Origin: an uncultured Mycoplasmatota bacterium
GTDB lineage: Bacteria > Bacillota_I > Bacilli_A > RF39 > UBA660
Reading direction: 5' to 3'
DNA: 64,000 bases
Assembly: GCA_947652325.1 (NCBI GenBank)
Contig: CANTCQ010000005.1
Location: 4,727-68,726 of the forward strand
Part shown: positions 9,615-19,317 of the stretch, piece after piece
Layout: each line of letters opens with the position of its first letter
How positions within the stretch are numbered: the first letter of the stretch is position 1
Notes under the pieces: generated by a model
The model's database searches: none
Told to the model about the DNA's origin: nothing
Seen by the model: the letters and a program-made list of their open reading frames with translations, nothing else
Program-made: the position numbers and the translations under genes

Positions 9615-10541
9615 TTACAAATCTGATTTTTTTCTTTGTAAATACTTTTTCTTTTTTACTAAAAGTAATTCTTTTTCTTCAAAACTAGCGTTTTTTTCAG
9701 GCATTTTATCTGTCAATTGATGCATTACAAGCCACAAATCATCAATAATACCTTTTTTTTCAATTTTTTCTATCAAATCTAAATCTTTTATATCGATTAA
9801 ATATCCATTTTCAAAATAAATAACCAATCCTGTTGTCTGGAATTTTGCATTATAAGAATACTTATATTTTGGATTCAAAAATATGTGTGTATTTATATAC
9901 ATACGAATGATTTTTACTATATTTTGTATGTCTTTCTCTTCTATTGCATATTTTGTTTTTTTATAATAATATCCTAATTGATTTTGTATTCTTTTATGAT
10001 AGTTATCATATTCTTCGTTGTCTTCTATATATAAAATAGAACTTCTATCATCTACTGAAGGATAGAAAACTATACGCTCTACCGTTTGTTCCTTAATGTT
10101 TTTTTCACCATATTTTAAAAAGTCTTTTTGTTTTTTCTTTTCAATTTCTTTTTTCATTTCATTATAGAGAAATAAAGCGTTTCCAGAATAATAAAGATTT
10201 AAAATTTCACCCTTTTCATTTTGCAAACACATTCCTAAATAAGCATCATTCCCATGGCCTATTTGCTTGGTATTATCTTTATAAAAAATAAGCAATTTAT
10301 CTTCTAAAAATTCGTGAATTATTTGTTTATATAAGTCTTTTGTATTTTGAAAATCTTTTTTTTGTAATGGTTTGTTTCGAATTCTACCTTCTTTAGATAA
10401 TAAAAAACGATAATAAGCATATATCTCTCCTTCTTTTGGTTTTAAAGTATTGATACTTATACTTATAAAAATACTAATTTCTTTTGGAATTCTTTTTATA
10501 ATTTCATCACGAACCAATATCTGATTTTGAAATTTATTCAT
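9615..10541 (-). CDS. hypothetical protein
   Basis: 308-aa ORF in the dominant coding frame; no recognisable motif. Confidence 0.5.
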   Translation of the reverse strand: MNKFQNQILVRDEIIKRIPKEISIFISISINTLKPKEGEIYAYYRFLLSKEGRIRNKPLQKKDFQNTKDLYKQIIHEFLEDKLLIFYKDNTKQIGHGNDAYLGMCLQNEKGEILNLYYSGNALFLYNEMKKEIEKKKQKDFLKYGEKNIKEQTVERIVFYPSVDDRSSILYIEDNEEYDNYHKRIQNQLGYYYKKTKYAIEEKDIQNIVKIIRMYINTHIFLNPKYKYSYNAKFQTTGLVIYFENGYLIDIKDLDLIEKIEKKGIIDDLWLVMHQLTDKMPEKNASFEEKELLLVKKKKYLQRKKSDL

Positions 10542-10615
10542 ATTAAAACCTCCCTATTTTGTGTATAAATTTATATTAGTATACTTTTACACATCTGTCA
10601 AATAGAGAGGTTATA

Positions 10616-10849
10616 TTATTTTTCTTCACTATTACGTATAACTTGGGTTACATCATATCCATAAAATTCTAAAATACTGACGACTTTTTGACTATGAAGA
10701 CCTTTTTTGCACATAATATAGTATTTGCTATTTTTGTTCAATAATTCTTTATAATTTAAAAGTAATTTTTCATAAGGAATATTGATGCTTCCTGGATATG
10801 GATTTTCTTTGTAAGTTAAAGTATCTGATACATCAATCAATGTTCCCAT
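10616..10849 (-). CDS. rhodanese-like domain protein (short)
   Basis: LIDVSD...GSINIPYEKL...YYIMCKKGLHSQ matches a rhodanese fold with an active-site Cys loop CKKGLHS. The frame is open further upstream without a canonical start, so the N-terminus is uncertain. Confidence 0.6.
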   Translation of the reverse strand: MGTLIDVSDTLTYKENPYPGSINIPYEKLLLNYKELLNKNSKYYIMCKKGLHSQKVVSILEFYGYDVTQVIRNSEEK

Positions 10850-10948
10850 TGTTTTATTGTAAATATTTATGTCTATTCTTTTTATTTTACATCACCACTA
10901 TATTATATGATGTAAGTTAATAAAGCAAAAAGGACATATATACCAATT

Positions 10949-10974
10949 AAAAAAAATCTACCTTCTATAAGGTA
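10949..10974 (-). terminator. rho-independent terminator after the coupling-protein gene
   Basis: On the minus strand: TACCTT-ATAG-AAGGTA hairpin followed by a T8 run. Confidence 0.45.
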
Positions 10975-10985
10975 AACTTTTTTCT

Positions 10986-13343
10986 TTATTCGTCACTAAA
11001 AAAGTCATCAAAAAATTCATCATCTGTAATAATATTATCATTTACTATAACACTGTCTACATCTATGTTAATTTTTGGTTTATTGGGTAATTCTTCTTGT
11101 GCTTTTGTTTTTTTCATCTTTTTTTCATTTATGAAGTCATTTGATTTCTTTTTGCTTTCTTGTACTTCTTCTTTGTTTAAAGGGGTATCTAAATCTAAAT
11201 TTGGAAATAAACTCATTTGTTCTATATTACTTTTTGCTGGTTCTTTCTCCTCTTTTATTGAATCAAGAATTTTATTTTCAAATTCTTCATTTTCAATTTT
11301 TGGATTTAATTTTGGTTCTATTTCCTCTCCAGAAGTATTTTTCGCTTTTTCCATTTTTTCTTTTTCTCTTGCTTCTTCTTCATCTAGTTCTTTTAATTTT
11401 TTATCAATGTCTGCAATCATTCGGTCAATGTCTTCATTAGACATTGGACCATTTTTTAAGAATGGATTTGGCATTCCTCCAAAAGGGTTTGCACCATTAT
11501 TATCTTTCATAAAGGGATTAGATGATGGCCCTGGAAAAGGAGGCATACCACTCATAGGATTCGACATATTTGGCATTCCAGGAAGTCCCATCCCTGGCAT
11601 ATCTTTGTTTTTTTCCAAATCTTCCATCATGTGTTTTCTTTTTTCTTCTGATACGTATTTTTTTACATCAAACAACGCAACTTCCCTAGTTTGTCTTTGT
11701 GGTAACTCGGCAGGCTCTCTTTTGATTCCCCAGTCCATTTTATAATCCGGTTCTAGCTTTGTCTTAAACGGATATTTCCGTAAACGAATAATGATAGCTT
11801 CAAAAAGTTTAAGCTTTTGTAAATCGGTTACGGTTACAAGTGGAGTAGATGCTGTTTTGTCTTTTTCTTTTGATTTGACTTCTCCACACATTTTACTAAT
11901 TTCTTCTAACGCTGCCATTTCAGTACTAATTAAATAAACCCAGTTTCCGCAGTTTCCTTTAATAACTTCTGCCACTTCTTTTCCATAAACATCATTTAAT
12001 TGGGCAAAGTTTTGAATAATAAAAGTAAATCGTATATCACGACTTCTAGCAGCACTTACCATAGAATCAACATCTTTTAAAGGTGGCATATTGGCAAACT
12101 CATCTAAAATAAAGTTTGTACGATAAGGTAGTTTTCCACCGTTTTCTTTGGCAACATCAATTAAAGTTTCATAACACTGTTTAATAAAAATAGTAAGTAA
12201 ACTATGATATGTTGTTTTTTCATCATGAATAATCATAAAAACCGCTGTTTTTTCTTTTCCTATTTCTCGCATATCAAAATCGCTATAAGAAAGCATTTCA
12301 CTTAAAATTTCACGAGAAGCAAAGGTACGAATCTTTTGTCTAAAAGTAGAAGTAATTCCACCTTGTGTGTCTTTCGGTGCATTAATTGTTCCAGATGCGA
12401 AAATATAAGCACTTGATGATTCACCCTTTAAATGGAAATATTCTTTAATATACGTACTGGCAGCAAATCTTTCTTCTCCTATACTACTCATATAATTGAT
12501 AGAGTTCATATTTACTTCTTCTTCTTTAGCATCCATAAATAGACCCAATGCAAGTCCAGAAAAATAATCTGCGGCACTGTTTTCCCAAAAAGGTTCTCCT
12601 TTATTATTAGGGTCACGAATAATATTTAAACCCACATCATCCAGAAGTTCGGTGGATTTATCCATATTGCCATTTTGGTAATATCGATATGGGAGAGTTA
12701 ATGGATTCCAAGCATTTCCATTTTTAGGGTCACGAAAGTTTAGAACAATAATTTTATAGCCCTGTTTTTTCAAATATTCGGCACTATATTCATAAATTTC
12801 TCCTTTAGGGTCGGTGATAATCATCGATTCTCCCTTTTTGGCAAGTAAATTTACCATTGGTTTTACAATCGTTTGGGTTTTACCAGAACCAGTAGAACCT
12901 ATGACCAAGTTGTGATAATCACCATTATCTACCCAAATATCTGTTCCATTGTTGATAAGAGGAATACCAGCAGCATCAACGTGTTTTTCATGGGCTGTTA
13001 CATGCTCTACGTTTTTATCTTCTTTAATTTCCTTGTCTTTACTCCAACGAGAGTATCCTTTTTCTTCTTTTTCCTTTACTTTTAAACCTATTCCATGCCC
13101 TTTTTCACGGTCAAAAATATAAGAAGAAACGGATGTAAAAATAACGATAAGAGCTGTAAAAAACATGAGCATAGTAAGTCCTAAATTACTTCCTACAAAA
13201 GCTGGAAAAGGATTTAATCCAGCAAACACTCCTTCGTTAAAAAAAGATGTAAAATTGACTACCGCAATTGCGCATAAATATAGCAAAAATAAACAAAATA
13301 CTATAAACGTTATAAAGTCTTTCGGTGATACTCTAAATTTCAT
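10986..13343 (-). CDS. type IV coupling protein (VirD4/TraG/TcpA-like) with long disordered C-terminal tail
   Basis: Two N-terminal TM helices, Walker A GSTGSGKTQT and Walker B-like FILDEFANMPP, then RSRDIRFTFIIQNFAQL. The ATG at 13343 follows a GGAGGAG RBS. Confidence 0.85.
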   Translation of the reverse strand: MKFRVSPKDFITFIVFCLFLLYLCAIAVVNFTSFFNEGVFAGLNPFPAFVGSNLGLTMLMFFTALIVIFTSVSSYIFDREKGHGIGLKVKEKEEKGYSRWSKDKEIKEDKNVEHVTAHEKHVDAAGIPLINNGTDIWVDNGDYHNLVIGSTGSGKTQTIVKPMVNLLAKKGESMIITDPKGEIYEYSAEYLKKQGYKIIVLNFRDPKNGNAWNPLTLPYRYYQNGNMDKSTELLDDVGLNIIRDPNNKGEPFWENSAADYFSGLALGLFMDAKEEEVNMNSINYMSSIGEERFAASTYIKEYFHLKGESSSAYIFASGTINAPKDTQGGITSTFRQKIRTFASREILSEMLSYSDFDMREIGKEKTAVFMIIHDEKTTYHSLLTIFIKQCYETLIDVAKENGGKLPYRTNFILDEFANMPPLKDVDSMVSAARSRDIRFTFIIQNFAQLNDVYGKEVAEVIKGNCGNWVYLISTEMAALEEISKMCGEVKSKEKDKTASTPLVTVTDLQKLKLFEAIIIRLRKYPFKTKLEPDYKMDWGIKREPAELPQRQTREVALFDVKKYVSEEKRKHMMEDLEKNKDMPGMGLPGMPNMSNPMSGMPPFPGPSSNPFMKDNNGANPFGGMPNPFLKNGPMSNEDIDRMIADIDKKLKELDEEEAREKEKMEKAKNTSGEEIEPKLNPKIENEEFENKILDSIKEEKEPAKSNIEQMSLFPNLDLDTPLNKEEVQESKKKSNDFINEKKMKKTKAQEELPNKPKINIDVDSVIVNDNIITDDEFFDDFFSDE

Positions 13344-13601
13344 ACTAACTCCTCCATTTGTCTTCCCTATTATACAATAAAAAAATATGAAATCAAAGTA
13401 CATTTCATACTAATTTTTGACAAATTTTTTTTTCCAATTTTTGTTTATCTAGGCATTTGTTTTCAAATAATACTTTTTTCTTAAATTATAGGGAATTTTC
13501 ATGATTAATTACAAGTACCTAATCATTTATAAAGTACGGTCTTTTACTTATCTCTTCTACAATTTCTAAACAAAGCTATTATATTTTCCTTTATACTTTT
13601 T

Positions 13602-14474
13602 TTACTTATTAACAGAAACTCTATAATCTAAAATCTTTTCTTCAGTAAAAGTATATTTATTATTGTTGATATCCACTATTTGATAAACTCTTTTTTCATC
13701 TTCGTTTACACTTTGATTACATGATTTTATTTCACTTGTAATATTATTTTCAAATATGTATGCTTTAAAATTTTCTAAGGAAGAAAAATTAGTTATTAAA
13801 GAATATGCGGTTTCTAATTCGTTATATACTTTCCAAATAAAATCGGAAATATACATAGAGCATATACTTGTATAATCTATTACGTCAATTTGCCTTATTT
13901 TATTGTCGTTATTAAAAAATATTTCTTTTTCTTTATTTTTTGTTTTTATAAAACTTTTTTCGTCTAAAGGAGAGTTTAATATACTTAAACTCATGGTCAT
14001 ATTTTCATAATCTACGAAAAGTAAATAATAAGCTTTTTCTTGAACAATTGTTGTTTTTTCATAGCCTTCATTCACAATTTTTCCTTCTGTATAATAAACT
14101 TCTACTTTATCGTTTATGCTTAAATATTTGGTTAATTCTGCTTGGTAAATATCATTTTGGTTATAAAATTTTATAGAATTAAGAAGGGTCGTTCTATTGA
14201 TATTTTTTTCTTGTTTATAACTTGTATCTAAAACGTTCAAAATTGCTTCTGTATTATTCTCTATTGTATTATTTATAAAATTATTTATATTTTTATTTAC
14301 AAAGAAAAATATATTATAATTGTTTACTATCGTAAATGTATTGTTTTCTTCTATAATTAAATCATCTTTCTTTTCTTTTTTATAAATATAAACACTGAAA
14401 ATTACTACGATGATTAAAAAAATTATCATTACAATTCCTAATTTATATACATCTTCTTTTCCAATTTTATTCAT
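13602..14474 (-). CDS. membrane-anchored protein, positional analogue of VirB8/TcpC-type channel components
   Basis: Single N-terminal TM plus a ~250-aa external domain. It sits directly after the wall hydrolase, as Orf13/TcpC does in Tn916/pCW3-type systems. The functional assignment is positional only. Confidence 0.35.
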   Translation of the reverse strand: MNKIGKEDVYKLGIVMIIFLIIVVIFSVYIYKKEKKDDLIIEENNTFTIVNNYNIFFFVNKNINNFINNTIENNTEAILNVLDTSYKQEKNINRTTLLNSIKFYNQNDIYQAELTKYLSINDKVEVYYTEGKIVNEGYEKTTIVQEKAYYLLFVDYENMTMSLSILNSPLDEKSFIKTKNKEKEIFFNNDNKIRQIDVIDYTSICSMYISDFIWKVYNELETAYSLITNFSSLENFKAYIFENNITSEIKSCNQSVNEDEKRVYQIVDINNNKYTFTEEKILDYRVSVNK

Positions 14475-14483
14475 TTTTTCTCC

Positions 14484-16583
14484 TTATTTACAACCATTAT
14501 TTGCATAGGCTAAAAATTCATTTGCCAATGATTCGTTTCTTCTTCCTTGACAAGCTTTTTGAATTGATGTCATGTCTGTTCCAGGTCGTTCATAATAAAC
14601 ACAAAAATTATAAGATGCCTCTACTGCAGAAGTTGTAGATAATACATGGGTTTTAGCATTTGCTTCAGAACCATTTAATTCACTTATAGCAAAAGCAACC
14701 TGTACTTCTGGTTTTGTGTAGTCATTTAGTGCTTTTAAGTTTTTTTGCCTTCCACCTCGCCATTGAAATAAACCATAAGCGCCCATTCCTCCACCACTTG
14801 GATTAAAAGCATTAGGGTTAAACCCTGATTCTCCATTTACATTCACCATTATACCTGCTGTTTGTGCTGGAGTATACCCAGCATTTAAAAAACCAACACA
14901 AACACTTTCCTTTCCAGAACCAGAACCTGAGGGAATAACATTGGGTAAATTTAATCCACAATTGGATGGTCTTGGATTACTTGGAGAAACATAGTTTAGA
15001 GGATTTACTGCCTTCCCATTTACTTTTACTTGGAAGTCCAAATGTACTCCATTTGATGCTCCAGTACTTCCCATTTTTCCAATAACTTGACCTCTTTTTA
15101 CTTGCATTCCTTTGGTAACATCGACTCGACTCATATGTCCATAGCGAGTAACTATACCTCCACTATGCTCTATGTAAATACCATTTCCTAATCCTGTTCC
15201 ACTAGAAACTTGTATTACTATACCATCTGCTACTGCAATAATATTAATATTTGTACCGCCTTCTTGGCCTCCTCCAATATCTATAGCTTGATGGTCTGTA
15301 GTTGCATTAGCAACTCCTTCTACTTGTCCTCGAAAACCAAATTGACTTGTTATTCTTGTAGATGCGGGAGTCCCAATAGCAAAAGTAATTCCATTTTCCG
15401 TTGTTGTTTCATTACTTCCTATTGGCCAAAACATACATCCATTTACTATAGCAATTAGATTTTTATTTCCTAAATTAGCATTTATATCAATCGTATTAAA
15501 CTCAATATCATAGCCAAAGTAATAATTTAATATACGATAGATATCATATTCTGCATTTTCTTTTTCTAAATTATATTTTGCACCGTATAAACTCATTGAT
15601 TCCAAATATTTCACTGTTATATTTCTTTGTTTTGGAATTTTTACATTTTTTTCTTTTTCTAAATTTTCTATCCATTTTGCAGGAATTCGTTGTATTTCTT
15701 CGTTATTTTTATGTGCCATATGATAATAATATAAACCATCTTGAGATGAATCTCCTTCATACTTTTTAGCCGTATAACTAAATGATTCATATTTTGCCGA
15801 AATAGCTTTTTTTTCTTTTGTCATAATTATTCCTTTAGATGCAACTACTGCCTGTGTAATTTCTGTATATTTTTCTTCAGTTCCATCTAATTCTTTAAAG
15901 CTTTTTGCTTGGTCATTATAATATTTTAATACAACACAGTTATCTGGTAAATTAGCAATCAGTCGACTTCTAGCCACTATTCCCATAGCTTGATATACAA
16001 TTTCATTATCTACATCTTTTGCATTATTATTATCTGTCCAAATAATCCCAGCAATATATTCATCAAATTCGTATTCTTTATAATCGTATCTATTCGAATC
16101 ATTAATATCTACTAATGTAGGGTCAGTTACTATGTGATACTCTTTATCTTTTTCATGAGCTTTTCTGTATGATTCTTTTTCCCAGGTTAAATATACTTTC
16201 CCACAAGCTGGTGTATCTTTATAATAAGCAGGTTGTGGATTTCCAATTCCCATAAAATCAAAATCCAATTGAAAGGAAAGAATACCAAGTAAAATTACAA
16301 AAATCATCAATCCTACGCCTACAACGACTCCTGCATGTTTTTTTAGAAAGTTTTTTAAACCACTTTTTACTTTTGCTTTTCCTTTTTTTATCGGAATATC
16401 TGTTAGTTTTGTATGTTTTGTTTTATTATCAATATCAGCATTTTGTGAATTTACTACTTCGGCATTTGCAGCGTTATTTATGGTAACATCTGCAGCTTTT
16501 CCTGTTTCTTTTAAAGCTTGTTCTAATAGTTCATCTTCTACCCCAAGTCTTTTTTCTTCTAATTCTTCCTCATTGAAATCCAC
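14484..16583 (-). CDS. three-domain cell-wall hydrolase (SpoIID-like + M23 peptidase + phage-tail-lysozyme-like)
   Basis: TM anchor, then a SpoIID-like segment YIAGIIWTDNN...IVYQAMGIVARSRL. The M23 motifs are HQAIDIGGG, GHMSRVDV and GSTGASNGVHLDFQV. The C-terminal GESGFNPNAF...GAYGLFQWRGGR is lysozyme-like. Confidence 0.8.
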   Translation of the reverse strand: MDFNEEELEEKRLGVEDELLEQALKETGKAADVTINNAANAEVVNSQNADIDNKTKHTKLTDIPIKKGKAKVKSGLKNFLKKHAGVVVGVGLMIFVILLGILSFQLDFDFMGIGNPQPAYYKDTPACGKVYLTWEKESYRKAHEKDKEYHIVTDPTLVDINDSNRYDYKEYEFDEYIAGIIWTDNNNAKDVDNEIVYQAMGIVARSRLIANLPDNCVVLKYYNDQAKSFKELDGTEEKYTEITQAVVASKGIIMTKEKKAISAKYESFSYTAKKYEGDSSQDGLYYYHMAHKNNEEIQRIPAKWIENLEKEKNVKIPKQRNITVKYLESMSLYGAKYNLEKENAEYDIYRILNYYFGYDIEFNTIDINANLGNKNLIAIVNGCMFWPIGSNETTTENGITFAIGTPASTRITSQFGFRGQVEGVANATTDHQAIDIGGGQEGGTNINIIAVADGIVIQVSSGTGLGNGIYIEHSGGIVTRYGHMSRVDVTKGMQVKRGQVIGKMGSTGASNGVHLDFQVKVNGKAVNPLNYVSPSNPRPSNCGLNLPNVIPSGSGSGKESVCVGFLNAGYTPAQTAGIMVNVNGESGFNPNAFNPSGGGMGAYGLFQWRGGRQKNLKALNDYTKPEVQVAFAISELNGSEANAKTHVLSTTSAVEASYNFCVYYERPGTDMTSIQKACQGRRNESLANEFLAYANNGCK

Positions 16584-16605
16584 AAAATCACCTACTTCTT
16601 AAGTG

Positions 16606-18390
16606 CTATAGTCCTCCTCCAGAACCAAACGAGTCAAGTTCTTCTTGAGTAACTACAACATTAATTCGCATTCTTCTATTACCACAAATAAATAGTGCTT
16701 CCCCTTGATTATAGTATTTAATACTTTCTTTTTCTGCATCATTTAAATCAATTAATTTGCCTAAATCATCTGTTGCTTGTTTACGTAGTCCCATGATTAA
16801 GTAATATGAAGCATTATCAAATATTGCTTTTCCATGTACAAGCACATTTGGCGCTGCAAAGTCGGTTGGTTGTTGCGTAATGATAATTGTACCTGTATTG
16901 TATTTACGACTACGTCTTTGAATTTGTGCTAAGAATTCCGCACCTAATTCATTACGTGTTGATAAAAGTACATGTGCCTCATCCACGCACATTACAGTAT
17001 CAATATCTTTGTCTAAACACAAGCCCCATGCATATTTTAAAATGTTAAAGAATAATGCATTTTTGATATTTTCATCACTGTTCATAAGTTCACGAATATT
17101 AAATACAATAAAGTCGCTTTCAATATGCAAAGTCGTATGTCCTGTAAAATAATAACGCAGTTCTTTTACAAGCGGTCTTATTTTTAACTCTAAGCGCTCC
17201 ATAACATCTTTTTCATGTGTTTTTTCAGGCATTGATAAGAGTCTACCTTTAATTGTGGCATAAACATCATCAAATGTTGGATAATCGGCAGATGTTAATT
17301 TTGTATAATCGGTTTCGTAATCAATTTTATAACGTTTGTAAGTATCTTGTACGACTTCACTAAACATCGTTAAAACATCTTCTTCAATGGAAGGAGTATA
17401 GTATTTCATAAAAGCTTTTAGTTGTTGTAATGTTCTCGTTAAAACGGTATAACCAAGACCACTCTCAATTTCTTCAGCATCTGCATCTACAACTATTTCA
17501 AGAGGATTAATCATACCAAACTCTCCACCCTTACCAAGGTCTAGAAAGTCTCCTCCGACATTACGGGTCATTTCAGCAAGTTCACCTTCTGGGTCGATAC
17601 ATACCACTTTATATCCGTTTCTTAGGTGTCCTCGGATTAATAATTTTGCAGCGGTTGATTTACCACTACCACTTGTTCCTAGAATGATAATATTCGCATT
17701 ATTACGGTTATTCTCTTTTTTGATTTTAAATAAGAATTGGTTAAATAAAACCACTCCACCAGAGAAATCAACTCCAAATAAAATACTATTTCCTGGGTCT
17801 TTAATACTATCAAAAATAAAGGGGTACATGGCTGCAATCGTAACAGAAGGAATAGGAGTTCCTACACGATTTTCCACATCTTGTTTTGGAAAAATTGGAA
17901 TAATTGATTTTAATACTTTTTCTTGTTCGAACATTAAAGGAATACCACGCATGCCAAGCCCATCCAAGTAATTTCGAACTTGCATTTTTTTTAGTTCCAA
18001 TTCTTCTTTATTATCCGCAGAAATAAACAAATGCATTTGAAAATCAAAAATTCTTGCTTGTGTTGCTGCAAGCATTTGAATAAATTGTTCAAGAGATTCA
18101 TAATCCTGTCTAATACGTTCTTGAATCGTTCTATCATTTTCCGTTTGAAATCGTTGCTTTAAATCAGCAATTTCTTTATTTAACATTCTCTGTAAAGTAG
18201 AAAATTCAATGGGAATATGTTTTATCGCTACTTTTACGCCAGATATATTGGTAATATTAGCTAAATATCCTTCTGAAATAAATTTAGGATAAGAAACAAT
18301 GGTTAAAATCGCACAATATTTACCACTAATCATCATTTCTGTTGGTTTAAATTCTATGCCTTTCGGCGCTAATTGTGATTTTATATTCAT
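16606..18390 (-). CDS. VirB4-type T4SS ATPase (C-terminal and ATPase part)
   Basis: Walker A GTSGSGKST, Walker B VMCVDEAHVLL and RRSRKYNTGTIIITQQ, an architecture typical of TcpF/PrgJ/Orf16. Confidence 0.85.
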   Translation of the reverse strand: MNIKSQLAPKGIEFKPTEMMISGKYCAILTIVSYPKFISEGYLANITNISGVKVAIKHIPIEFSTLQRMLNKEIADLKQRFQTENDRTIQERIRQDYESLEQFIQMLAATQARIFDFQMHLFISADNKEELELKKMQVRNYLDGLGMRGIPLMFEQEKVLKSIIPIFPKQDVENRVGTPIPSVTIAAMYPFIFDSIKDPGNSILFGVDFSGGVVLFNQFLFKIKKENNRNNANIIILGTSGSGKSTAAKLLIRGHLRNGYKVVCIDPEGELAEMTRNVGGDFLDLGKGGEFGMINPLEIVVDADAEEIESGLGYTVLTRTLQQLKAFMKYYTPSIEEDVLTMFSEVVQDTYKRYKIDYETDYTKLTSADYPTFDDVYATIKGRLLSMPEKTHEKDVMERLELKIRPLVKELRYYFTGHTTLHIESDFIVFNIRELMNSDENIKNALFFNILKYAWGLCLDKDIDTVMCVDEAHVLLSTRNELGAEFLAQIQRRSRKYNTGTIIITQQPTDFAAPNVLVHGKAIFDNASYYLIMGLRKQATDDLGKLIDLNDAEKESIKYYNQGEALFICGNRRMRINVVVTQEELDSFGSGGGL

Positions 18391-18950
18391 TCTGGCATCA
18401 CCGTTCCTAATGTTGTTGGCTGTCCCCCATTAAAGAAATTATCAATAAGCATACGTAAATCATTATTTGATACTTGTGTCGCATTTAAACTACAACTTGC
18501 TAAATTGCTAATTAAATTATGAATTCGTTTTTGAACGATTTCAAGTTTCTTTTCTTTAAATAAAATAAAGTATTCTGTATCTACTACACTGTACTCAGCA
18601 CTCATAAACATATTGGCTTTATTAATATCTTGCATAATTAATTTTCGTATGGCAGAACTTGTTGAATTGTTATATAAGATTTGTAATTGTGATAAATAGG
18701 CATTGATATCTACAGGCCTATCTGCCACAATCAACCAAAATTCATAATCAATTGTATTGTAAAAATTTCTTAAATTATAAATAACATTGTCTTGTGTGTC
18801 TTTATCTAAAATAAATATATTTTTAGGGGCAACTTTTACTCCTGTCACATATTCTCCTGAATCAAGTTGTATCATCCCATTCATAATTTGTTTGATTGGA
18901 ACCCAATCTTCTGTATACTTACTTACAACATTTTTTTTCTTATTTGCCAT
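18387..18950 (-). CDS. VirB4 N-terminal-domain-like protein (separate ORF)
   Basis: EDWVPIKQIMNGMIQLDSGEYVTGVKVAPKNIF resembles the N-termini of Gram-positive VirB4 proteins. Its TGA overlaps the ATG of the ATPase ORF (ATGA). Confidence 0.55.
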   Translation of the reverse strand: MANKKKNVVSKYTEDWVPIKQIMNGMIQLDSGEYVTGVKVAPKNIFILDKDTQDNVIYNLRNFYNTIDYEFWLIVADRPVDINAYLSQLQILYNNSTSSAIRKLIMQDINKANMFMSAEYSVVDTEYFILFKEKKLEIVQKRIHNLISNLASCSLNATQVSNNDLRMLIDNFFNGGQPTTLGTVMPE

Positions 18951-19251
18951 CTCTTATACACCAGCCCTTCCAATAAAATCTTTTTCTTTTAATAAAAAAT
19001 AATATTATATTTGTTAATAATTGTAACACGTTATGATAATTTGGAACTGGCAGTACTAAGAATGCAGAAAGTAATGCTGGTGATAATATTAGTAGTAATG
19101 ACCCTATTTCTACTTTGTTATTAAATATAAATAACAATGTTAATGTAATAGTACAGCCTATTCCAAAAATAATTAAATCAATAGGGGTAAAAAAACCTAA
19201 AATCATCATTGATTTTTTGGAATTGGCTGGTATTAAATAATTTTGATTCAT
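18940..19251 (-). CDS. VirB3-like small membrane protein (PrgI/TcpE type)
   Basis: 103 aa with two TM helices. N-terminal YLIPANSKKSMMILGF and C-terminal KRKRFYWKGW follow the PrgI/TcpE pattern. It lies immediately upstream of VirB4. Confidence 0.6.
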   Translation of the reverse strand: MNQNYLIPANSKKSMMILGFFTPIDLIIFGIGCTITLTLLFIFNNKVEIGSLLLILSPALLSAFLVLPVPNYHNVLQLLTNIILFFIKRKRFYWKGWCIRDGK

Positions 19252-19317
19252 CCCTTTTTATCCTCCTTTTTTCTCTTCAAAAATTCAAAAAATATTCAAA
19301 TAATTTACTTAATTTTT

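Noticed and set aside
10850-10985. Attachment-site-like direct repeats at the two ends of the T4SS/Tad locus (compared with 36014-36161).
   Set aside because: No shared stretch longer than a few AT-rich bases was found by eye. This cannot be excluded without a computed alignment.
11065-11745. A 226-aa plus-strand ORF, and several similar Ser/Phe/Leu-rich plus-strand ORFs across the T4SS/Tad locus (for example 11141-11440, 17684-17971, 24836-25375, 33737-33997).
   Set aside because: They are antisense shadows of Lys/Glu/Asn-rich minus-strand genes in AT-rich DNA. They have low-complexity translations, no RBS, and they fully overlap well-supported genes.
13485-13540. A 7-bp inverted repeat ATGATTA...TAATCAT and a TTGTAA-18-TATAAT element in the 198-nt gap upstream of the coupling-protein gene, considered as an oriT or promoter.
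   Set aside because: The repeat is short and AT-rich, so it is expected by chance in this genome, and there is no relaxase to pair with an oriT. The promoter is plausible but too weak to list as a feature.
14484-16583. Prophage interpretation, based on the phage-tail-lysozyme-like and M23 domains.
   Set aside because: No terminase, portal, capsid, tail or integrase genes occur in the window. The neighbours are VirB4 and VirD4, so a T4SS-associated hydrolase (VirB1/PrgK/CwlT analogue) fits better.
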